Shown here piece after piece: positions 56,601 to 64,000 of a DNA stretch of 64,000 nt. The stretch lies in contig QPMI01000415.1 in assembly GCA_004431415.1 (NCBI GenBank), forward strand, positions 62,001-126,000. The letters are read 5' to 3'. Position numbers and translations under genes: made by a program. The notes beneath the pieces are model-generated. The model was not told the origin of the DNA, did no database searches, and worked only from the letters and a program-made list of their open reading frames with translations. The stretch is from Cyanophora paradoxa CCMP329 (taxonomy: Eukaryota > Plantae > Glaucophyta). The stretch's first letter is position 1, and the number at the start of each line of letters is the position of its first letter.

Positions 56601-59600
56601 GAGCCCAATCCAGACCGCAAAATTGCCAGCGCAGCCTGAGTCAGGGGCTCATGATCAGGCCTTGCGTCGATTATGACCGATATCGATGTATACGGCTCGG
56701 CACCAGTTTCGATTCCCGAGTAATCGTACAGGACTGCGCCCTATGGCTTCAGCAAGCAAATACAACGTCCCAGCGGTGGGCTCTTGATTATGTTTTCTGC
56801 CGCCTACCTCCGACCTTGAACTGGAGCTCCGCCGTCACTTCCAAGAACTAAAACGGCGGCTTCGATTATAATATGCTTTGGATGTTTGAAACCGCAAGCT
56901 TCGCATGCACCTTGATCACGTAGAGTCCGATGGCTGCAGAAGCGTAGGTTGTCTCAGTACTAGTGCAAGTGGCCGTTCTTCTATGTATCGCGAGCGCTAG
57001 CTATGGTCGCAATGCATTGCACCAATGTTAAGCTCAGGCTTGAAGATAAGGGTAAGTTGGAAGTAGAAGTCTTCCTGAAACGCAATATTAATGCGTTCAA
57101 CGCGATGTGGTTCACACCCGGAAACTCTGATCGGCGCACGGGCGGTTTGATGTCCACAAACTGGTGCACCGCGAATTAAAAACGCGTCTGATTCGAAGCT
57201 GAAGAAAAGACACGCGTGACGTCGGCGGACCTTGATCGACGGTTTCTGAAAAATTTGAAGCAAACGATAGACGGCAAAATTAGAACAGATAAATCAGAAG
57301 CTCGGAACGAACAGGCATGTAATACAATAGGCTTGTAATCACCTCTCCATCCATCCAACTGCAATGTAAACCGCCCACACAAATCAGCGTCGAACTTTGT
57401 CCGACAGTGTGCATATGCGTAAATTCACGAACTCGACAAGAGGACCGATGACTCCATTCTCCACTTTGATGCCCGCCTCCACTCCAAAATTCATCCTTCC
57501 GCCGATCTCTTGCTGATGCGGGCTTCAAAGGCTTTATGAAAGTTGAAAGAGCTTGAAAGACGCACTTTCCATTTGAGATTCAAGTCGCCGAAGATACCGA
57601 GGGCCAGTCGAAGGGACACCAGCTGAAACGCGCGGGGAACTCGAACCGCGGCGATCGGATCTGAAGCGCATTCGCAGCACTCACTAGGAGCACTCGGACG
57701 ACCGCAATGAAAAAAGAAAGGTCGACTTCGTATTCGTAAAACTCTTTGAAGCCCCCCAAAGTTCCCTGGCTGCGAGAGGACATGGGGCGAGCGGACATTA
57801 TCAGTAGCTCGAGGATGCAAGCTTCAGACATCAGAATTTATCGATGGCGAGCGTACATCCAAAGGTCGAGATCCATGACAGCGGCCGCCCTTGCGCCAGC
57901 GTATTCTGTGCCAACATCAGAGCGGCCGTTCAGATGAAAAGAAGCCTTTTGAAAGCCACGAACTTGTTATACTTAACCACAAAAGATTGTAGTTCTTGAC
58001 GGTGACCTGCGGGACAGCTATGTCAGCTAAAGCTGCGCAGCGACAGCTTGAGGTACGTATACCTTGAACTTAAGCCCGGCGCCAATCCAAAAGTAGACAT
58101 CTTTTGGATCCACGATAATGTTCGCAAATCCGGAAAACTGCGTTGGACCGGATGAGCACCATCATTAAGGCAGGATCGCGCTCTCTCTAGAAATACGTAT
58201 ATATACATATAACTATAGCTACCTCATATCCTGCTCGCTCGAATTCTTCGGCCTTGTCACCAGGTATGTTCAACGATTTTGCATCAAACTCTTCCACGCC
58301 GAAATTAAACAGTTTAGGAGGGGATTGAAACGAAGAAAGACCTGAAATAAGCTGCATACCGATCTTGATCGCAGGCCAATCCATAAGCTGCACCCCCTTT
58401 TGTTCTGCACATCGTTAGAACCACGGCAGTCGCAATTCAATCCAAATTTAATTCAAAATCCCACAGTGATTATAATGTACCATTGTAATTGAAAGACACG
58501 CCCCACGTCGGCTTTTTGAGCACTACATTGCTGAGCAGCAGTCAGATTTCTTGGAAATTTCGATCCGTGCTGCTGGCCATGGTCGGGAAGGCAGAGAGCA
58601 CCAATCACCGAGAAGGCACTGCGAATACGGAATCGGCGTAGAAGGACAGCAACTATTAAGTTGCTCACGTTTGCAGCGTCGGCAAGCAGATCCACCGTAT
58701 CAAGCACTGCAGGAGCGGTTCGATTCCTCCTGCATTCGGACGGGTTTGCGCATGCATATGTGCACCTTCATTGATTTTTGCCTTCGCGTAATCGATCGCT
58801 GTATCAAAACCGTCTGTTTGTTGCCTCATCAAAGAGATTATAGTGTCCGTACGAATGCGGCAAAATACCAGCGATTTTATTGCAAGCCGTGTTGACCGGG
58901 TCCGCGATGAAGCTCAGCGCTCCACCTGTACAAAACAAAACTCAGCGGAAGAGAGCGCCCATGGCCAGATATCGTCAAGCACGCGCACCAGTGAGCTTGT
59001 TTAGACCGTTGAGAAGCATTGCGGGTGCAGTCACGACCGCTGGCAGAAGCTTTAAACTTCACGTTTTCGGGGCGAGCACAATGTAGCGAGAGATAGTACC
59101 TCGGATGACCGTCCTGTGATCAATCGGAAAAATGAAATGATCATGCCTGCCGCGCACGTTTGGACGAAAGCGCATGCGCACTTTGCAATGTTGGCCACAG
59201 TGTCGACCACGTCTCTTACAACTTTTGTGACTGCTTTCACGACCGTCGTAACCGCCTGTGCATTAATATTGTTAGCGCAGCTGCAGAATGCAAGAGATCG
59301 CGCGCAGGAAAAAGCAGGCGCTGATCGCGCACAGAGACGACGGCTTTCCCGACACTGACAATGGCATTTCCGATAGACTCAACTGCGCAAGAGCAAGAGG
59401 GTCAGTCACAGCCTTCAGAAACTGAAGCGAAAGCCCATGAAACTGCCGACATATGCCGTGTAGGAACAGGGGCCGTCGTCTCTGACGCTCCTCGCGGTTC
59501 ACTCCCGAGTCTGGGCGCGTTTCCCTCTCCATGATTTCCCGCATGGCGTCAACACCACGCGGCACCACGCGCGGCTTGTATTTCGTGTTCGTCGCGTTGC

Positions 59601-61573
59601 GCTCCGCAGCCATGCGATCGCGAGGCGCCTCCATGCTGCGCGCCCGCTTGCGCTGCGGCGGCTCGAAATCGTGTCCAGCAGAGCTCTTTCCCCTCCTCTT
59701 GTAGACTTCCTCGGTGATCCGCTTCTCCATGCTGCGGCTGATCAAAACCACAAAGACACACTCGCCGCTGCTGGAAGGCAGGCACCGCTTAGCGTGGGAG
59801 ATATCCTCCTCGTGATATTCCAGATCGAGGTCCTGTTTGTTTTAAGTTTGTGTTTTACGTATACGCACAGCCGCAGCTTGGGCTCCGCCAACCTTGAATA
59901 CATCCTGCAGCGCGAACAGGCCTAAGTGTGAGTCAAAGAGGGATGAGTCAAGGCCCAAGTCACCTGGAGGCCAGCGGACTCTGTCCGCAGCTCGACACAG
60001 GTACCCTTCTGTGAGCCAGACTTCCCGGTCTCGTCGTGATCTTCGTCATGTACGAACTCCCAATCCACGCTGGCGACGGCCGGCACTTCGCACTCGTGCA
60101 CGTGGACCTGCGCGGACCGAGCCGGACGTCGACGTCAGCGTATCGATGTTTCTTCAACGGCTCAACCGACAATCGCGGCCAATTTTAAATTTAATCCAGA
60201 AAAGCGGAGAGATAGTTCTGAGGTGGCTTAGGTGTGGCGGTAGAGTTAAGAATCTGCCCTGTCGGGCAAGGCTTGCTCTCTCTCCGTGCAAGTGCAAGTC
60301 TTGCCCGACAGGGCAGAGTCAACTTTACCGTCACACCTAAACCACCTAAGGCTATCTCTCCGAAGGGCGAACCTCGATCACCCGCACGACGAATCCGGTC
60401 TGTACGTGTTGCAATATCAGATAGATTATATTTAGCAGGTTTACCAAGATCTAGAGAACTATAGCTATAGCAAGATTCGATGATCTGCACGAGCACAATT
60501 GCAAAGACGTGAGCGACGGGCCTTCAGACTAATGCCCTTCTCTGCGGCCCGCTTGTCGCTCTTGAACGACGAGGGGCCCAGCTTCGGATCTCGCTGAGAG
60601 CTGCGCATGCAGGATGTGTGGCCCACGCTCAGCGCACGCGTTCACGTTCTCCATATACAAAGGAAAACGCGATCGACTGCGACATTTAGCGAGCTCACCA
60701 ATTCCAGTGCCTATCGCCGACCACGATGACACCCTTGCGGAATTTTTGCGCGTGCGGGTGCTCGGAGTCCACAGCTGCAGTGTGACTCTCTCTGCTTAGC
60801 ACAAGAGAAAGGGACTCCGGCACGTGCCCGCAGTGTAGAGCAACGACTGTCGGCTCCTGCATTTGCAACGGAAATTTCAGACGTTCGATTTCGGAGACAT
60901 ACTCGAATATGCGAATCTCAGACCTCATCGACGTTCACAACGGTGGCCTGGTCAAAAGAGATGCGTCGATGGTCAAGCTAGAGAAGAGGAGAACATATCG
61001 CGAGAGCCTTACCGCCTGAACCGCGGTAAATTTTAGGTGGTTTCGCTTGCCTGACCCCTTGACCATTCGGAACTGCGGCGCAAAATATGCATTTGGGTAC
61101 AGCTGCCAGCAGCAACTCCAATTCGAACTTTCTGAAGTCGCTGTTCCGAGCGAGAGGCGGACCTCTTCGTGTTCGAAGTGAGTGAAGCCGGTCTCCGGGT
61201 CGTAGCGGCCTTGCGCGTCAGCGCCGAGCTCGGCGCTGCCAACGCGCCCGCGGGCCTCCAGAGGGCGCTTGAGGAATGGGCGAGGCGAGCGATGCGCGAC
61301 CGTTCTCCAATCTGGCGGCTGGATCGGCGGGCTTCGCAAAAATGTATACAGAAATTAAAGCTTCCAATAGACTGCACCATGATGCACATGTTGATGCCCG
61401 TGGCCGAGCGTGCTCGAGCTCGATCGCGGTGCCGCGGCCTCACACGACCAGAGAGGCACGCAGAACAAGAACGCGGCGAGTCCGATAGCCAACACGACGG
61501 CCGGCTCCAACCTCCTGTCACATGCTACGCGGATGCGTCCACTCTGCGCTCGACAGCACGCGTCAACTCGCAT
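47630..61573 (-). CDS. Very large multi-exon host gene (or genes) for a secreted or membrane-anchored protein with parallel beta-helix-like repeats
   Basis: Many short minus-strand exons; GGAL/GGGIF/GGGLF/GGGIA motifs at ~49000-51000; hydrophobic C-terminus SIFGLGAAVLCALLAFLFARRQ; signal-like VVLAIGLAAFLFCVPLWSCEA near 61480. Exon structure not resolved. Confidence 0.4.
60205..60362 (+). ncRNA. Long stem-loop: candidate pre-miRNA/hairpin RNA or palindromic MITE
   Basis: Arms of about 70 nt pair almost fully, with five G-U wobbles on the + strand. Confidence 0.4.
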
Positions 61574-62149
61574 TAGACCTATGTATATACATAGCTATAG
61601 CTGCGTATACGTATACGATTCACCACGCCAGCTCATTAACATGCATGAACGTAAGCGACGAACCGTTTGCGCGTGCCTTGCATGCGCAGTACTAGTTCTC
61701 ATGATCGTATTATCCGGTTATGTGCGAGATATAAGCCGCTGAGCTGCAGGCTGTTTTCACGAGAAATTGGTGCGCGCCGTAGTACTAGACCTATATGCGT
61801 AGTGGCGCTAGTACACGTACGAACTAATGTTAATGCCGCGGCCGCTTCTGAGTACGTACTGTCAGCCTGGCGCCGGCAGGCGATACTATGATAGCTACTA
61901 GGCTAGTAGGCTAGCGCTATAGCCAGAGCTAGCGGGGCCCGGGCCCGGGCCGATGCACGCGGCTCTCAGTGCCACGGACCACGGTGACTAAGCTCAAACT
62001 TGGTAAAGTGAAAGTCAGCTGCGCACGCACTGGCAATGATCATCATGGCACACGCATGTGGGACCCGGGAACATGTGTGCCGCACGTGCGCTCAAACGCC
62101 GCTCACTGAGTCAGAGTCACTGAGCCGATTCTCAGAGACTTAGACTTTA

Positions 62150-62405
62150 CCGTGCCACGGTGTAACACTTAAGTAATGCGCGCATTTAAGTAATGCGGTC
62201 CCAAATTAACTGTAGTAATGCGCTTTCCGCTGGCAAAACGCATTAATTTGGGGCCGCATTAATATCCAAACGCTCGGAAACTGCTGTATGTGCCCCCCTA
62301 TCGCAACCAATTGCAAAAAGCTGCAAATCGCATTAATTCGGTGCCGCATTAATAGCCATTATACTATGATTATAGGGGGTCCGGGTCCAGAAACGCATTA
62401 ATTAC
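62150..62405. mobile_element. Truncated MITE related to 62461-62720
   Basis: Shares AACACTTAAGT, GCTGGCAAAACGCATTAATT and CGGGTCCA blocks; the right end is missing. Confidence 0.6.
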
Positions 62406-62460
62406 TGGCACATCATGGCATGTAGCGTCCCTGCGGCGAGCCTCGGAGAATCGGAGACTA

Positions 62461-62720
62461 CCGTAGAACACTTAAGTGAGTAATGTGCACACTTCATTAA
62501 TGCGCCCCCTAATTAATGCGTTTTCTGCTGGCAAAACGCATTAATTCGGGGGCGCATTAATATCGAAACGCTAAGAAAACTGCGGTAAGTACCCCCCTAA
62601 CCCAGGCAGAAAGCTCCAAAACGCATTTATTTGGGGGCGCATTATTTCCCAAGTGAGGGGTCCGGGACCCCGGGTCCAAGAACGCATTAATATCGGGCGC
62701 ATTAATTAAGTGTTTTACGG
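62461..62720. mobile_element. Tc1/mariner-pogo-type MITE (260 bp)
   Basis: TA|CCGTAGAACACTTAA...TTAAGTGTTTTACGG|TA; internal CGCATTAAT repeats. Confidence 0.85.
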
Positions 62721-62917
62721 TAGCGCTACCGGTACACGCCGTATGCGCAGGCTCCCGGTACTGGCTGGCACTAGGCCTGGCTCAGGCCCTGAGTCTGGGG
62801 CCTGAGGGCCTGGCCATCTGCCAATGGCCATGGGCCGCCAGGCGCAGGCTGACTCAGTTAGGCTGGCACAGCCGGCGCCTGGCGCCGGCAGGTTGCTGAT
62901 GAGCCTAGTTACCAGTA

Positions 62918-63421
62918 CCGTGTAATACTTAATTACCGCGCTGACATAACTACTGCGCTACCATATTACTGCGCTCAAAAATTTTAGAACGCAGTAATAT
63001 TTGGTAGCGCAGTATTACCCCCTTTCCTAACAAATAACATGTTTTCGAATTCTGAGGTCGACGGAACGCAGTAATTTGATAGCGCAGTAAAGCGCCTACC
63101 CGCGCAGAAAAGTTTGCTCCTCGTCGTTCTAGTGTGACTAGTACTTCTGCGTCGACGTCCTTGAGCTCTTATACTCCTTCTCCTGTGCTCGTTCTAGATC
63201 TCCTTATCCGATGATCTTTTGCGTTCTTCTAGATCTGATCGTGTCCCTTCTCGTGATCATTCGCCCCACGTGCACCGTAGTCTCTCAAAAGAAAAGTTTT
63301 AAGAGTTTTTAAAACGCGTTAATTTGGTACCGCGGTATTTTGCTCAGAGGAGGGCCATTTTTGAAACCGCGTGTGGGTACGCCCACCGTAGATTTTAAAA
63401 AAAAAAAGGTCCGGCCTACGG
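62918..63421. mobile_element. Degenerate MITE-like element
   Basis: Starts TA|CCGTGTAATACTTAAT with repeated TACTGCG/CGCAGTA motifs; right end uncertain. Confidence 0.4.
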
Positions 63422-64000
63422 TATACAGTAGCATTAATATTACTTGAATGCATCATCATTATCAACGGTGGAGAATGCGCACTGCGGCAGAGCCTCGGAG
63501 CTTTGAATCATGATCATGATACCAGGTAAGCCTCGGAGGCTCAGCCGGCTCAGCCCGGCTGGCGGCGGCGTGGCACTGGCACTGCGGCAGATGGCGGCGT
63601 AAGGCACTGCGGCAGCTGGCGGCGTGGCACCCGGCCCGGCCATAACAAATCGGAAAGCCTTGGAGCCTCCGAGGCTCGAGCCTCGGAGCTCAGCGGCTAG
63701 CGCTCAGCCTGGATTCCTGGAACTTCGGAAGAGCGAACCGCCAAAAAAGTCGGAAAGCCGCCGATCGATAATAATGATTCGATATATCCCATCATCCTTG
63801 AAGCCTCCGAAGCTCGACTCGGCGAGCTCAGTCTGGAAGAGCGAACCGCCAAAAACAATATTGAAATCTGTCACGAATTTCCGACTATATAGACTATATA
63901 GACCATTGCTAGTAGCCAAAGACTCTTTAGACAGTGAATTGTAGGATTGCTCTTTTAGCCGATGATAAATTGCCGGACCGTAATACACAATATTACCATA

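Overview
This is eukaryotic (probably protist or algal) genomic DNA. GC-rich, intron-rich host sequence (1-18465, 47201-64000) is interrupted by a complete AT-rich, CpG-depleted endogenous Polinton/Maverick-like dsDNA virus at 18466-47200 (28,735 bp). The element has 881/882-bp terminal inverted repeats (TIRs) and a 6-bp target-site duplication (TSD), TCAAGA. It encodes an rve integrase, a protein-primed PolB, a Prim-Pol/SF3 helicase, a double-jelly-roll major capsid protein (MCP), two penton-like proteins, an A32 packaging ATPase (split by a nested 1.8-kb DNA transposon), a ~2,000-aa fibre with an S74 chaperone, a patatin lipase, a discoidin domain, a RING protein and an AdoMet decarboxylase. 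Its replication architecture is the most unusual part. Each end is a 284-nt fold-back palindrome. An iteron-flanked origin-like cassette occurs three times, once with its spacer inverted. The PolB has lost its proofreading motifs. The virus interrupts a VLTF3-like remnant. Host features include an apparent CTK3-like/RS/EYA-phosphatase fusion gene, a tandem duplication of a type I membrane protein gene, a very large multi-exon surface-protein gene, a pre-miRNA-like hairpin and MITEs. All protein calls come from motif recognition by eye; no searches were run. Several single-base frameshifts may be assembly errors.
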